Assembly: GCA_963813715.1 (NCBI GenBank)
Contig: CAWFAK010000007.1
Coordinates: 32,001 to 96,000 of the forward strand
Length of the DNA: 64,000 bases
Reading direction: 5' to 3'
Origin: an uncultured Planctomycetaceae bacterium
Lineage (GTDB): Bacteria > Planctomycetota > Planctomycetia > Planctomycetales > Planctomycetaceae
Within the stretch, counting starts at the first letter, position 1. The number at the start of each line of letters is the position of its first letter. Of this stretch, positions 37,935-50,860 are shown piece by piece. The notes beneath the pieces were generated by a model that saw only the letters and a program-made list of their open reading frames with translations, searched no databases and was not told where the DNA came from. The position numbers and the translations under genes were made by a program.

Positions 37935-37956
37935 GACGAAGCCTTTCCCGGAAGAG

Positions 37957-37993
37957 CCCTCACCCTACCCTCTCCCATCGGAATGGGAGAGGG
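37957..37993. repeat. REP-like repeat, copy C
   Basis: CCCTCACCCTACCCTCTCCCATCGGAATGGGAGAGGG just downstream of the tricorn stop. Confidence 0.85.
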
Positions 37994-38012
37994 GCTTCAC
38001 GGATCTCAAACC

Positions 38013-41000
38013 TTACTTCCCTTCCGCCGGCTCCTTCATTCCCGCCTTGTAGTAATTCGGGAACTCGGGGCGATGCGGATGCACGACGGGGTGCTTGGCG
38101 AGCTCGCCCGTCACGATTTCGATCGCCTTGTCGAGCTGCGGGTCTTTCCCTTCGCGGACGAGCTTGGGATCGAACTCGACTTCGACGTCCGGCGCGACGC
38201 CCCGGTTTTCGACGTCCCATCGACCGTTCGGGAACCAGATGCCCCAGCGCGGAGCCGTGACGCTGCCGCCGTCCATCAACGGCGGATAGCCGCCGATGCC
38301 GACCAGGCCGCCCCACGTTCGTTTGCCGACGAGCGGTCCCAGCCCGGCCTGGCGGAAGGTGTAGGGCAGATAGTCACCGCCCGAGCCAGCCATTTCGTTG
38401 ATGAGCATGACCTTCGGGCCCGGGATCGCCGACCCCGGAAACTGCTGGTCGTGCCCCTCGCGCGTCGACGCATAGTTGCGGATCGGCTGCCGCAAGTAGT
38501 CGACGATGTGGTCGGCGAGCGAGCCGCCGCCGTTAAACCGCTCGTCAACGATCACCGCGTCGCGTCCGGCCTGGGCGAAGAAGTACCGATTGAAGCGGAT
38601 GTAGCCTTGCGCGCTCGTGTCGGGCACATAGACGTAGGCCACCTTGCCGTGGGTCGCCTTGTCGACGGCCTGACGATTGCCATCGACCCAAGCGAGGTTG
38701 CGGAGCATCCGCTCGCTTTCGATCGGCACCACAGTGATTTCGCGGCTGCCTTTGCCGTCCGGGTTCGGGCCGACCTTGAGAATCGTTTGCTTGCCCGCCG
38801 TCCCCTCGAAGAGCGAGTAAACCTCGGTGTCGCCCTTCAGATCCTGGCCGTTCACTTCGAGCAGGTACTCGCCCTCTTTGACGTTGGCGCCAGGCTGCGT
38901 CAGCGGGGCCCGCAGGCTCGGGTTCCAGCTTTCGCCCCGGTAAATCTTCACGATCCGGTGCCGGCCGTTTTCGACTTTGAAATCGGCCCCCAACAGTCCG
39001 CCCTTCCGCGGCTCGCGCTCGGGCACGTCGCCGCCGAACATGTAGACGTGCTGCAGGCTCAAGCCGGAGAGCAGTTCGTCGATGAGGTAGGTCAGGTCGT
39101 AGCGACTGCCGAGGCCGTCGAGATCGACCTGGTGTTTCTTCCACTCGCCGTTCAGGTCGTAGCCGTGGAAGTGAGGATCGTAGAGGAAGTCTCGCTCAAT
39201 CCGTTGCACTTCGCGGTAGATCTGCCGCCATTCGGCCTTCGGATCGACGAAGACCTCGAGATTATCCAGTTTGAGCGCACCGTCGCCGGGCTTGACCGGT
39301 CCAGCCGTGGCCGTGATGAACCAACCGGGTCCCTGGCGATAGAGCATCTTTTCGCCGTCGTGCGAGATGACAATGGTCTGCGCTCCTTCGAGAATCCGCT
39401 CGGCCTTGCGCTTGGAGAGATCGAATTTATAGACCGTCATCCCGCCCGGGCCGCCTTCGCCTGGGTCGCCACCGCCCACGTGCGGCTCGGACGTTTCCAC
39501 GACGAAGATCGTGCCCGCCTTGCCTTCGTGCAGCCCGCCATAGTGTCGCGCGGGGATCGGCAGCGCGAGCGTCCGCTGATCGATGTTCGCAAAATCGATC
39601 TTCACTTCGACCGCGTCTTTCGCACCGTCCTTCTTCTCCTTGCCGTCTTTGCCTTTTTCGTCCTTCCCCTTCTCTTCCTTCTTGTCGTCCTTCGGCTTGT
39701 CGGCGTCCTTCTTGTCTTTATCTTTCTCGTCGTCGCTCTCCGGAGCCAGCGGCGAGGGATCGTTCTTGTTCAGCACGACGAGGTAAACCGCGCGGGTCAC
39801 CGGCCGATTAATGACCGACATGCCCGAGCCGACCGCCGGGCCGATGTCGGTGCTCGCCGTGAAGTACAGGTACTTGCCCCCCTTGTCGAAGGCGGGCGTG
39901 TCGGCGTCGCTCATGCCGTCGGTGATCTGGTGCAACTTGCCGGTCTTCAGCGAGTAGACGAAGACCGCCCCCATAAACGACTTGAGTGGCCGCGAAAACG
40001 CGAACCACTGGCTATCCGGTGCCCAGGACACCGAGTTTGTCGGACCCTCGCCGTAATAGCCGGTATCGACCTTCTTCGACTTGCCGGTCTTCACGTCGAC
40101 GAGCCAGACATTGGCTTTCTTGTCGCTGCAGGTAATCCACTTCGAGTCGGGCGACCAACTGGGGTTGTAGAGGAACGTCTCGCTGTCGCCGACCTTCAGC
40201 ACCTTGGCTTTGCCCTTGCCGTCCTGGCGCGAATGTGCAACCGATACTCGCCCGATTCGTCCGAGAAATAGGCGATCGATTTGCCGTCCGGCGACCAGGC
40301 CGGATCGCGCTCGGCCGCACCGACCGTGTGGGTCAGGTTGCGAACGTCCCCCTTCTCGGCCGGCACGGTCAGAATCTCGCCGTGCGCCTCGAAGACGGCG
40401 CGGGCGCCGCTCGGCGACAGGTCGACCCCTTGAATCGCGTGGGCCGCCTTCACGAATTTGGGACGCACGCTCGGCAAGTCGGCGTTGACGTGGATCGGCA
40501 CCTGCTTCGACTTCTGCGTCTTCAGATCGAACAGGTTCACCGTGCCGAAGCGATCGAACACGATGGCGTCGGCACAGGCCGAGGCGGACTTGATGTCGCC
40601 TCCCGCGTCCTTCGGATCGAGCACGCGGCGGATGCCTTTGCCCGCCACGTCGCAGGCGAAAAGCGCCATCGGCCCCTCGCGGTCCGACAGGAAATAAATC
40701 GTGTCGCCGATCCACATCGGGTCGAAGTCGGTCGAATCCTTCCGCTCGACCTTGGTGATCGACGAGTCGGCCAGGTCGGCAATCCAAATCGGGCTGGCGC
40801 TGCCGCCCCGATAATGCTTCAGCGGCCGCATCGGGCCGGGGAACTGCGGCTTGTTCGAGTAAGGCACATAGACGATCCGCTTGCCGTCGGGCGAGAGCGA
40901 GCCGGCCTCGGCCATCGGCAGCGGCAACTCGGTCGCCGGTCCGCCCGTCGCCGGCACGGTGAAGAGCCGCAGGAAGCGGCCGTAGCTGTGGCGCGGCGAG

Positions 41001-41455
41001 CGGAAAATGATCTCCTTGCCATCGTTGGTCCAGCCGACGGGCACGTCCGGATCGGGATGATGCGTCACGCGAACGGGCACCCCGCCGGCCGCCGGGATCA
41101 CGTAGACGTCGAGGTTGCCTTCATATTCGCCGGCAAAGGCGATCGACTTGCCGTCCGGCGAGAAGACCGGATAGCTCTCGAGGCCGACGCCCGCGGTGAG
41201 CCGCCGCGCCTCGCCCCCTTCGCGGGGGACAATCCACAGGTCGCCCGCGTACGTGAAGGCGATCTGCGTCGCGCTGACGGCGGGCAGCTGCAGCAACAGG
41301 GGCGGATCTTTCGGAGCCGGCTTCGAGTCGTCCGCCGCGGCCGGCCGAACGGCCGTTCCCAGCGACGCCCCAGACAGTCCCAACAGTGCCAATCCCAACA
41401 GACTAAAAACGACAAACTGTCGCCCGAGACCGATTGAACGCCCGCGGAAGCCCAT
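38013..41455 (-). CDS. Tricorn protease (S41) with beta-propellers and PDZ (one frameshift near 40230)
   Basis: IAFTYAGDLW, PD40 repeats (FSPDGK), GKVAYVYVPD, IVDERFNGGG, catalytic AGSGGD, GKRTWGG and VENRGVAPD. Confidence 0.95.
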
Positions 41456-41915
41456 GCCAGTCACCATTTCTCTGTATTCTCTCTGGGGCAAAATCAGGGA
41501 AGCAAAAAGGGCCGCGGGCGACGCGCCTAGCGGTCCATTTTTGACCAACTTTGCGGTAATTCTTCTGTGAGAAGCGTTTATTAAGCAGAAATCTCACACA
41601 TGGGGGTATCTGCGAAAGTTTTAGCATACCCGGCCCCCCGACCGGGGACAATAATCCGACCGACGATAGCGTCCGCAAAAGGAGCCGTCCCCGCGAGAAG
41701 ATCGTGGCGGCCAGATAATCCTGCGGCTACGCTGAGATCGAGCCCCGGGCGCACATCCCATCTACGTTGCGGATGCCCTCTCCGATGGCCTTTGCCCCCT
41801 CGTTTCCCGGTTCGTTCCCCGGTCGCCGCGACCGCAGCGGCCCGGTCGCTGAGTTCCCGGAGACGGCCGTGAGGAACTCCGCTCCCCTGCTCGCTCGGCT
41901 CGCGCTGGGCGTCGC

Positions 41916-43624
41916 GTGGGTCGGCACGTTGGCGAATTCGCCGGCACGCGGGCCTTCCCGCGGCGAAGCGGCCGATCGCCGCGCCGCGGGTCGTCCATCC
42001 CAATCTCGCACCGCACGCCTGGATCACCATCGGCAAAGAGACGACGTACGTCACCGGGCCCGTTTTGGAAGACGGGTACATCGACTATCTGGCCGCGCTC
42101 AACGCGGACGCCAGCGCCGGTGTGACGGCCGAGAACAATGCGGCCGCGCTGCTGGCGCAGGCGATCGATCCGGCGTCGATCGACGCGGGCCAGCGCGAAC
42201 GGTTTTACAAAGTCCTCGGCGTCGAGCCGCCCAAAAAGTCCGACGGGCTGTTCTCCGATTCGGCGGCCTTCCTCACCAACCAGGGTGACAAATTCGCCGA
42301 GACGATCGACACGCTCGTGCCCTGGTCGGCGGAAAAGTTTCCGCCTCGCGCCAGGTGGCTCGCGAGCCACGAGCGCGCTCTCGACCTCGCCGTCGAGGCG
42401 ACGCGGCGCTCACGTTGTTATTTCCCCATGATCCGCAAGCCCAACGCGGAAATGATTATGGCGGTGCTCTATGGGGTGCAGCCGTCGATGGAGATCGGCC
42501 GGGCGCTGGTCGCCCGCGCTGCTCCGGCTGCACGAAGGCCACATCGCGGACGCCATAAAAGACCTGCTCGCCTGCCACCGGCTCGCGCGGTTGATCGGCA
42601 GCGGGCCACTGTTGTTGCACGGCACCGTGTCCCGATCCATCGAGATCAAAGCGTGCTTCGCGGATGCGGCCCTCTTGCAAGACGACCAGCTGCCGGCGGC
42701 TGAAGCTTTGGCCTACCGCGACGAACTGGAAAAACTTGCCCCGCAGCCCAGCGTGGCCGATCAATTCGACCACGGCGAGCGGATCATGTTTCTCGGCTTC
42801 GCCAGCGAGCTGGCGCAAAAGCAGCAGCCCGAGTTGGAAGGCATGATGGTCGACCTGGGAGAGGCGCTGTCCCCGTTGGCAGACTCCGAGTTGATCGTCG
42901 ACATCTACGACATGCAGATGACCGTGGTCTGGAACAAAGGCATGCGCTCCGCCAACAAAGAGTGGGACCGCTGGCTGGCCGCCATCCGCACGCCGATCAC
43001 CGCGGGCCGTCAACTGCGCCTCGAGGCGCTCGAAGCGGAAGCCCGCCCCATCCTCAAACAAAAGCCCGAAGACGTCAGCGACAGCACGCTTGAGGAAAAG
43101 GGCCAATGGATGGGCCGGATGCTTGCCACGCGAATGATGCCGAACCTCAAGCCGGACGTCGTCGTCGAAGACCCGCGCGGATGCGGGTCGACCTGGTGCT
43201 GCTCGGCCTGGCCCTGGCCGCCTATCACGCCGACAACGGCGCCTATCCGGAGACGCTCGCCGCGCTTGTGCCCCGCTATTGCCGCGCGGTACCGGGCGAC
43301 CGTTTCACGACCAAGCCTCTCGTCTATCGACGCGAGGACAAAGGCTACGCGCTCTATCGCGCGGGGGACAACGGTCTCGACGACGGCGGCCGCGCCTCCA
43401 ACGCGCAGCCTCCCGGCGACGACATCGTGATCAGCATCACCGCTGAGTCCCAAACCCGCTTACCGCTCGTGGGCACGATCTCGCCGCGACAGGCAAAGGC
43501 AGCGCTCCTCGCAACGGGCCTCGCCCTCATGGCGACGCTCGCAGCAGTCGCCCTTGTCTTCCACCGGGCATCCCGGGCGCGGAAGGCGCGGCTGGCCGAC
43601 GCCCCAAAATTGCCGCTCGACTGA
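41916..43624 (+). CDS. Helical hypothetical protein with GspG-like C-terminal motif (frameshifted; start uncertain)
   Basis: ETTYVTGPVLEDGYIDYLAALN...; LALAAYHADNGAYPETLAALVPRY...YRAGDNGLDDGG; C-terminal TM. Confidence 0.65.
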
Positions 43625-43647
43625 GAGCGTGCACCACAGCCCGCCCT

Positions 43648-46600
43648 TTACGGCTGCCCCGCTCGGGTTTCTGCGATCGGTTTGGCTTGTCCGGCTGACG
43701 CGTCCCAAAGGCGGATCGTCCCGTCGTTGCCGGAACTGACGATTCGCCGCCCATCCGGACTCCAGGCGACGCTTTCGACCCCGGCCGTGTGGCCTTTTAG
43801 CGTGAGCGTCTCTTCTCCCGTCTCCACATCCCAAAGCTTGAGCGTGCTGTCCTCGCTTCCACTGAGGATCCGCTGTCCGTCGGGACTGAACGCCAGGCTT
43901 GTGACGGTAGCAGAGTGCCCCTCTAAGGTGTGCGCCGGCTGTCCTGTGAGGGCGTCCCAAACCACGAGCGTTTTTTCGTTCATCCGGCGACTCACGACGT
44001 ACTTTGCATTCGGGCTGAACGCGACCTCTAAGATCTCCTGGCCGAGCTTGAAGAGCCGCCATTTGGAATCGGTTGGGTCTTGGAATGTCACCAATTGTTT
44101 ACCGTTGGATGCGTCGTAGATCGTGATGCCGTCCAACGAGGTACCGCACACGATTTGTTTTCCGTCGCGCCGGTAGGCCAGGCAGTTGACGGTTTGCACG
44201 TTCTCAAACGACTGGACGACCTTGCCCGTCGCGGCCTCCCACATTCGAAGCGGGCTCTGGAAACATCCGCCGGCGATTTGCTTGCCGTCAGGGCTGAACG
44301 CCGCGTCACTAACCATCGCCCCTCCGGCTGCGAGCGTGAGGAGTTCGTTGCCACTCGACGCGTCCCACAGCTTTGCCCGATCGTGCAAGTTGAAGCTCTC
44401 CGTAAGAATGCGCTTGCCGTCAGGACTCCAAGCGACGCGGGCGGGACGATCGACACGGCCGTGAAGCGTCACTAACTCGCGGCCGTCGGCCGCATCCCAA
44501 ATCTTGATCGTCCCGTTCCAAGCGGCGCCGGCGATTCGCTGCCCGTCGGGACTGAAGGCGACACTCGTGACCCTTCCCAGGTGCTCGAGGAATCGGCCGG
44601 GCGACGCCTGGTCCGCGACAGCGGGCACCCAGACTTTGACCACCGCGTCGTTTGCTCCGCTCACGAGGCGCGTTCCGTCCGGGCTGAAGCCCACGCTGGT
44701 CACGATGTCTGTATGGCCCTTGAGAGCCAGCAATTCCCGACCATTTTGCGCATCCCACAATTTGACTGTGTGCGCTTGGTCCCCACTGACAACCTTCTTC
44801 CCATCCGGACTGAAAGCCACGCTGGCGATGATTCCCAGGCTACCGGGCGACGAGGCCTTCAGAGTCGGCTTGCCACTCGCAACGTCCCAGACCCTGACCG
44901 TGCCATCATGGCTGCTGCTCGCAACGCGATCCCCCTCGGGGCTGAAGGCGACACCCGAAACAAAACCGGAGTGCCCCTTGAGAGTCCGCACTTCTTGTCC
45001 ACTCGCAACGTCCCAGATTCGCACGGTCGAGTCCTCGGCCCCACTGGCGACCTGCGTCCCGTTTCGATTGAACACCGCACTGGTGACCGGGTTGGTATGG
45101 CCTTTGAGCGTCCGTAATGCCCGTCCGCTAACCGCGTCCCAGATTTTGAGAGTCTCGTCCCAACTGCCGCTGACAATCTGTTTTCCGTCCGGGCTGAAGG
45201 CTACGGTCGAAACCGCCCGAGCGTGGCCCGCCAGGCAAAGAACCTCACGGCCGCTCGACGCGTCCCACACAGTTGCGACGTTGCCCCAACTTCCGGCGAC
45301 AATGCGTTTTCCGTCCGGGCTGAAGGCTGCGCTGGTAATCGGACCATTTTGCCCGTCGAGAGTCTTGAGCAGGCGACCGCTGGTTGGCTCCCAGATTTTG
45401 ACGGTGCCGTCCGCGCTGCTACTGACGATGCGTCTCCCGTCGGGGCTAAACGACGTGCAGGTGATGGGTGCCTGATGACCTCTCAGTGTCCGCTGGTTCT
45501 GCGTGAACCGCGCCAGGAGGTAGCCGTATTCCCAACCTCGCAGATCCGTACGGCACTTATCCAGGTGCTGCCACGCCCCCTCGACGTCGTTGTTGTCCCA
45601 GTCGCGATGGGCTCCCGCAATCTGGACCGCGTAGACGCGATGCTCGGCCTGCCGTGAGAGTTCTTCCGCCCGGTTTCGCTCGGACACAGCCTCGGCGCGG
45701 CGCCGTTCCGCCTCGGCGGCGTTTGCATCGGCTCGCTGCTTTTCGGCCTCGGCCCCATTGCGCGCTTTCTCAGCCTGCTGGCGTCCTTGGTCCGCCCGGG
45801 CGGCATTGGCATCCGCCCGTCCCCTTTCCGCCTCGGCTCGCTTCCGCTGCTGGTCGGCAATCCCGCGCTCGGCTTGCGCGTTCTCGGTCTCGGCTTGTGC
45901 GCGCTGGGCGTTCTGGACCGCGAGCGCGGCGTTTTGATCCGACGTCTCTCGCATCGACTTTTCGCGGAACGCCATCCAAGTTCCGCCGATCGCGTCGCCA
46001 ATCAGGAGGACCGCGAACGCCGCCGAGGTCACGAGCGCCGCCCGATGGCGGCGCGCCAGCTTTCGCAGACGGTAGCCCGCGGAGGGCGGGCTGGCTTCCA
46101 CCGGTTCATCGTGCAGGTAGCGCTGCACGTCGGCCGCCAGGCCACTCGCCGATTCGTAGCGTCGCGTGCGGTCTTTCTCGAGGGCCTTCATCGTGATCCA
46201 GTCGAGGTCGCCGCGGAACATCTTCGAGAGCCGGGCCGGCTCGGTTCGGCGATGCTCCGCGATTGCCGGCAGCGAAGCCGTCGACTGGCTCAGCCGCGTG
46301 CTGGGCTTGGGCGGATCTTCCTCGCGGATCATGCGGATCAACTCGTCGTAGGCGGCTTGGGCCACCCGCTTCTTGTCGAACGGCGTGCTGCCAGTCAAAA
46401 GCTCGTACATCAGCACGCCGAGCGAATAGATGTCGGTCCGCGTATCGATATCGAGGCCGCTCATCTCCGCTTGTTCGGGGCTCATGTAGAGCGGCGTGCC
46501 GACCATCTGCGCGAAACGCGTGTAGATCGTTTTCTCGGTCAGCGACTGATGCAGGGCCTTGGCGACGCCGAAGTCGATCACCTTCACCAGCGGACGGCCG

Positions 46601-47163
46601 TCGTGCAGCGTGACCATCACGTTGGAGGGCTTGAGGTCGCGGTGGATGATGCCCTTCTGATGCGCGTGCTGCACGGCCTGGCAGACCACCACGAACAGCT
46701 CGAGCCGCTCGCGCGGGGTCAGCCGGTTCTTGTCGCAGTAATCGGTGATGGGAACGCCGCGGACCAGCTCCATCACGAAGTAGGGCCGGCCCGATTCAGT
46801 CGCGCCGGCGTCGAGCACGCGGGCGATGTTGGGATGGTCCATCATCGCCAGGGCCTGCCGCTCGGCCTCGAACCGCGCGATCACGTCGCGCGTGTCCATC
46901 CCGGGCTTGATGACCTTGACGGCCACCTTGCGGCGGACGGGAGCCAGCTGCTCGGCGACAAAGACGAGCCCGAACCCCCCTTCCCCGATCTGCTCCATCA
47001 ACTTGTAGGGGCCGATAACCGCGCCGACATAGGCGGAGGGAGCGTCGCCCACGATGGTCGACGGGGGTGGGTCCGGCAACCGCTGAGGGGCGCGCTCTGG
47101 CTCGTTCACAGCGGAGTTTCCCATGCTCCGCGCGGTGTGGAGCGGCGCAACGGCATGGCCCAT
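43648..47163 (-). CDS. Ser/Thr protein kinase with TM, coiled coil and WD40 repeats
   Basis: [25 protein letters not shown] and YMSPEQ; many GH...FSPDG...WD repeats. Confidence 0.96.
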   Translation of the reverse strand: MGHAVAPLHTARSMGNSAVNEPERAPQRLPDPPPSTIVGDAPSAYVGAVIGPYKLMEQIGEGGFGLVFVAEQLAPVRRKVAVKVIKPGMDTRDVIARFEAERQALAMMDHPNIARVLDAGATESGRPYFVMELVRGVPITDYCDKNRLTPRERLELFVVVCQAVQHAHQKGIIHRDLKPSNVMVTLHDGRPLVKVIDFGVAKALHQSLTEKTIYTRFAQMVGTPLYMSPEQAEMSGLDIDTRTDIYSLGVLMYELLTGSTPFDKKRVAQAAYDELIRMIREEDPPKPSTRLSQSTASLPAIAEHRRTEPARLSKMFRGDLDWITMKALEKDRTRRYESASGLAADVQRYLHDEPVEASPPSAGYRLRKLARRHRAALVTSAAFAVLLIGDAIGGTWMAFREKSMRETSDQNAALAVQNAQRAQAETENAQAERGIADQQRKRAEAERGRADANAARADQGRQQAEKARNGAEAEKQRADANAAEAERRRAEAVSERNRAEELSRQAEHRVYAVQIAGAHRDWDNNDVEGAWQHLDKCRTDLRGWEYGYLLARFTQNQRTLRGHQAPITCTSFSPDGRRIVSSSADGTVKIWEPTSGRLLKTLDGQNGPITSAAFSPDGKRIVAGSWGNVATVWDASSGREVLCLAGHARAVSTVAFSPDGKQIVSGSWDETLKIWDAVSGRALRTLKGHTNPVTSAVFNRNGTQVASGAEDSTVRIWDVASGQEVRTLKGHSGFVSGVAFSPEGDRVASSSHDGTVRVWDVASGKPTLKASSPGSLGIIASVAFSPDGKKVVSGDQAHTVKLWDAQNGRELLALKGHTDIVTSVGFSPDGTRLVSGANDAVVKVWVPAVADQASPGRFLEHLGRVTSVAFSPDGQRIAGAAWNGTIKIWDAADGRELVTLHGRVDRPARVAWSPDGKRILTESFNLHDRAKLWDASSGNELLTLAAGGAMVSDAAFSPDGKQIAGGCFQSPLRMWEAATGKVVQSFENVQTVNCLAYRRDGKQIVCGTSLDGITIYDASNGKQLVTFQDPTDSKWRLFKLGQEILEVAFSPNAKYVVSRRMNEKTLVVWDALTGQPAHTLEGHSATVTSLAFSPDGQRILSGSEDSTLKLWDVETGEETLTLKGHTAGVESVAWSPDGRRIVSSGNDGTIRLWDASAGQAKPIAETRAGQP

Positions 47164-47370
47164 GGATGCGGCTCAATTAGCGTTCAAGCAAGGCGAGTGA
47201 CTCATTTCAACCGAACGGCGCACGGCGATCAAGTTGTTTGTGCCTGAGACGGCTGGGAGCCTCCTCGGTCGGACGGCGAGCTGCCACTGGCCAGGCGCGC
47301 GAGAACGAACCGCTAGCGACAGCCGTGCTGCGCAGGGATTTCGCTGTGGTCGGAACGCCTTCGGCCAGCC

Positions 47371-47979
47371 TCAGCGGTAGTCGAGCCGGGTGATGGCGTG
47401 GGGCCCGGGAGTCGTGACGGGGTCCTTCCCGGCGACGTCCAGGTTGAAATGCCAGTCGTTGCGGCCGGGTGGCTGGAGGTCGACTTTGAACTGCGGGTCG
47501 TTGGCGTTTTTCTCCGGGTCGCTGTAGAGGTTTTTCAGTTCGTCCGGCTGCTCGAAGAGCGAACTTGTGCGGTGGCCGAAGATGCCTTTGGGGTGATGCA
47601 GCTGCACAAAGGTCACGACGTAGGAGCCGGCCTCGACGCCGTCGTGCACTCCGTAGGTGCTGAAGGAAAAATTCCCCTGGTCGTCGACGCCGCCCACGAG
47701 CTTGGGGCGCTGGGACGGATCCTGCGGATGCTGAGGATCGTTGAGAATGATGAAGAGCGTGGTGTTCGGTTTGTTGGGGGGCTGGCCGTCGACCGTCACC
47801 GTCCCCTCGAACTTCACAAGCTCGCACGCGCTGAGCCTTGGGATTGTCGCGAAAGGCCTGCTCGAGCGCCTTTCGGCGCTCGGAGGCCCGCAACCGCCTG
47901 CGGCCAATGCCACAGCAAACAAAATTTTCCACGAATGTTCGGCCGGCCCGCCGTGCCGGCAGCAAGCTGGCAAGCGCAT
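47371..47979 (-). CDS. DUF1559-associated lipoprotein (carboxypeptidase-regulatory-like fold; start uncertain)
   Basis: AGGCG lipobox, FEGTVTVDGQP and VDDQGNFSFSTYGVHDGVEAGSYVVTF; lies downstream of the DUF1559 gene. Confidence 0.75.
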   Translation of the reverse strand: MRLPACCRHGGPAEHSWKILFAVALAAGGCGPPSAERRSSRPFATIPRLSACELVKFEGTVTVDGQPPNKPNTTLFIILNDPQHPQDPSQRPKLVGGVDDQGNFSFSTYGVHDGVEAGSYVVTFVQLHHPKGIFGHRTSSLFEQPDELKNLYSDPEKNANDPQFKVDLQPPGRNDWHFNLDVAGKDPVTTPGPHAITRLDYR

Positions 47980-48119
47980 TAGATCAAACTCCTCCGCCTC
48001 GCGGCCCGATTTGATGATGAGATGGTTTCTTGAATGGCGCCTTGTTCGTGGTGAGAGTCGGGAATTGCAAAATCAAGTGCCGGGCGCGCGGCATCGCCCG
48101 GCCTTGGCGGACTGCGGCT

Positions 48120-49282
48120 CTAGAACGAGTCGGTCACCGCTTCGTGACCGCGAATGGTGACCAGCCGACAGAAGGTCGTCACGCTGATGTTTTCGCTGAT
48201 CATGTGCGCCGATCCATCACATAGCACGATGCCGCAACTGCCCGGATGGAAGCTATAGATGCCGCCGTCCGATTCGTTGACGCAGTTGACGATGCAGACC
48301 GGCTGCCCCTTGGGCACATAAAACGAGGTGCCGGAGAAATTCGAGCCGGTCATCCAGTGCTCGCCGTTGTCGAAGCACATCCAGCAGCCGCCGTAATTGG
48401 TTTTGCGGTCGGGCTTGGTGCCGCTGCCGTCGCAGAGCGCCAAATTGCACGGCACGACTTTCTTCAAGCCGCGCTGCCAGAGATCGGGACGCCCGGCCAG
48501 TTCGACGGAAAAGAGCGTGGTGCTGGTGCCGTCGGTGATGGAGCAGATGCTGTTGAAGTGATCCGACTCGACCGCGCCGTCGCGGCAGCCCAGCGGCAGG
48601 CAGTTGTTGTTGAAGTCGTACCAGTTGGCCAGCGACGAGCGATAGCCGCTCGAGGCCTGGTAGTCGCTGGCGCCGGCCAGCATGCTGGGAACGGGCAAGC
48701 CCGCACAGCGCAAACACTGGGCGAACGACGACGTTTCGATGAAGGGATTGATGTTCCGCGGGGCCGACGGGCAGATCCAGAAGGGAATCACCTGCGCCGC
48801 CGGACGCAGCGCCGCGCAGGGATCGGCAGGAACCAGCGGCTGGCCCAGTCCGCACGGACACCCAGAGTTGTGCGCCGTGTAAACCTCCAGGCCGATGGGG
48901 CTCAAGTTCACGGGCGACGAGGCGGCCGCATTCATGCAAATCTGGTTGTAGACCGTCATCGCCTCGGCATAGGGCAACAGCCGCTCACCCCACGAGTGCG
49001 TGTTGAGGGAGTCGTGGCATGTCTCGCATTTCGGGCACAAACCCAGCAGGCCGCCGAGCACGGGTCCGGGCAGATAAATGTAGGCGGGCGGGAAGAGGTT
49101 GTTCACGTCGTGATAGTTGTGGGCGGCCAGTCCAATCTGCTTCATGTTGTTTCGACATTGCGTCCGCCTTGCCGCCTCGCGCGCCGCTTGGACCGCGGGC
49201 AGTAAGAGCGCGATCAGCGTCGCAATGATGGCGATGACCACCAAGAGTTCGATCAGCGTGAAACCTCTGCGCTGCGCGACAT
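48120..49282 (-). CDS. DUF1559 prepilin-type protein (type IV pilin N-methylation site, H-X9-DG motif)
   Basis: [49 protein letters not shown] and [15 protein letters not shown]. The ATG at 49282 is joined by a frameshift. Confidence 0.93.
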
Positions 49283-49558
49283 ACCTGATCCTTTCCGCTT
49301 AACGGGTGGAGGGGTAGAGAGGGGCCGCGAGAAGGCGCGAACCCAATAGGCCAGGTAAAGAAAGGGAGACCAACCATAGGAACCCACGCTGGAAACGAGG
49401 ATCCTCAGCTGATATGGCCCGCAGCGAGTTTTGGCCCGCAGACTAGAGCCTCATTGTACGCACGCGGAATCGGTGCGTTCAACAATTTTTTGGCACCTGC
49501 GCAGATCTTAGTGCGGAGTTGATCTGCCGCCGCTGGTCGCGCTGCGACCGCGATGGAT

Positions 49559-50669
49559 TTAGAACAGCCGACCCTGATCGTCGTTCGGCTTTGGCAGCGT
49601 CAGCTGCAAGTGGGCCAGCGCGTTGGCAGTGATCATCCGCCCACGCGGCGTTCGCAGGAGGAAACCGAGCCTTAGGAGGAACGGCTCGATCTCGTCCTCG
49701 AGTGTATCGGTGGGGATGTTCAGGCTGTGCCCGAGTGCCTGCACGCCGGCCGGGCCGCCGCCGAAAACGCGGACCAGCGTGCTCAGATAGCGGCGGTCCT
49801 GCGCCTCGAGGCCCAGGTCGTCGATCTCCTGCAACTGGAAGGCGTTGCGGGCCGCGTCGGTGGTGATGCGGCCGTCGGCCCGGCTTTGGGCGTAGTCGCG
49901 GGCCCAGCGGAGCAGGTTGTTCGCCTTCCGCGGCGTTCCCCGGCTGCGCTTGGCGATCTCTCCGACTGCCTCTTCGGAGATCTCGGTGCGGAGCTTTCGC
50001 GCACTGCGGCGGACAATCTCAGCAATTTCATCGACGTCGTAGAAATCGAGGTGCTCGCGATTGACGAACCGGTCGCGCAACGGCCCCGTCAACAGGCCGC
50101 TGCGAGTCGTCGCGCCGATCAGCGTGAAACGCTGCAGCTTGATATTCACCGTGCGGGCATTCAACCCGTCGCCCAGCGTGATATCGACTCGGAAGTCCTC
50201 CATGGCCGGGTAGATATATTCTTCGACGGCTGCAGGAAGACGGTGGATTTCGTCGATGAAGAGCACGGAGCCGTGGGTGGCGTTCGTGAGATAGGGGAGC
50301 AAATCCTTGGGGGCGGAGAGCGACGGGCCGGAGGTGATTTGCAGATCGGTTCCCAGCTCGCGCGGAATGACGGTCGCCAGAGTGGTTTTGCCCAGACCGG
50401 GCGGACCATCGAGCAGCAGGTGGCCGAGCGGCTCGTTCCGCATCTTGGCGGCATCGAGCGTGATCTTGAGCCGCGTGATGACTTTTTGCTGGCCGACGAC
50501 GTCGGTCAGAAGTTTGGGCCGCAGCTCGTCATCGTAGCGCGCGTCTTCGAGGATTCTGCGGTTGCGCCACGCCGGCCGTGCCGTCGATGCCCGAACGGGG
50601 GGCGACAGGGACCTCGCCCTTCGACTCGGACTCCTTTCGCTTGCCGCGAAAAACGGGTTCACGCGCCAT
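49559..50669 (-). CDS. ruvB: Holliday junction branch migration helicase RuvB (5' frameshift)
   Basis: [42 protein letters not shown] and [17 protein letters not shown]. Confidence 0.96.
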
Positions 50670-50753
50670 CGTGGCCCCATTGTAGGGCAGGCCGTGCCTG
50701 CCGTCATTTGTAGCGGCCTGCTGACCGCTTAGTCGGGCATCGAATCGCCTGCT

Positions 50754-50841
50754 GGGTGGCACTGGCGGCTTGTCCGCCAGTGGTCTTTTTCCACAGTGCG
50801 AGCGATTGAAGACACTGGCGGGCCAGCCGCCAGTGCCACCC
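50754..50841. repeat. REP-doublet-like palindromic element (GGGTGGCACTGGCGG family), copy 1
   Basis: GGGTGGCACTGGCGGCTTGTCCGCCAGTG...CACTGGCGGGCCAGCCGCCAGTGCCACCC. Confidence 0.85.
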
Positions 50842-50860
50842 GAACCGCGTAGCCGCGCCC

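Noticed and set aside
37674..40271. Long antisense ORFs (for example 865 aa here, also 16847-18856, 23627-25471, 60775-62556)
   Set aside because: These are shadow ORFs opposite well-supported genes, typical of high-GC DNA, and have no recognisable motifs.
50682..50703. Single GTAG-type REP-like hairpin (GTAGGGCAGGCCGTGCCTGCC)
   Set aside because: Only one copy is in the window, so a repeat family cannot be supported here.
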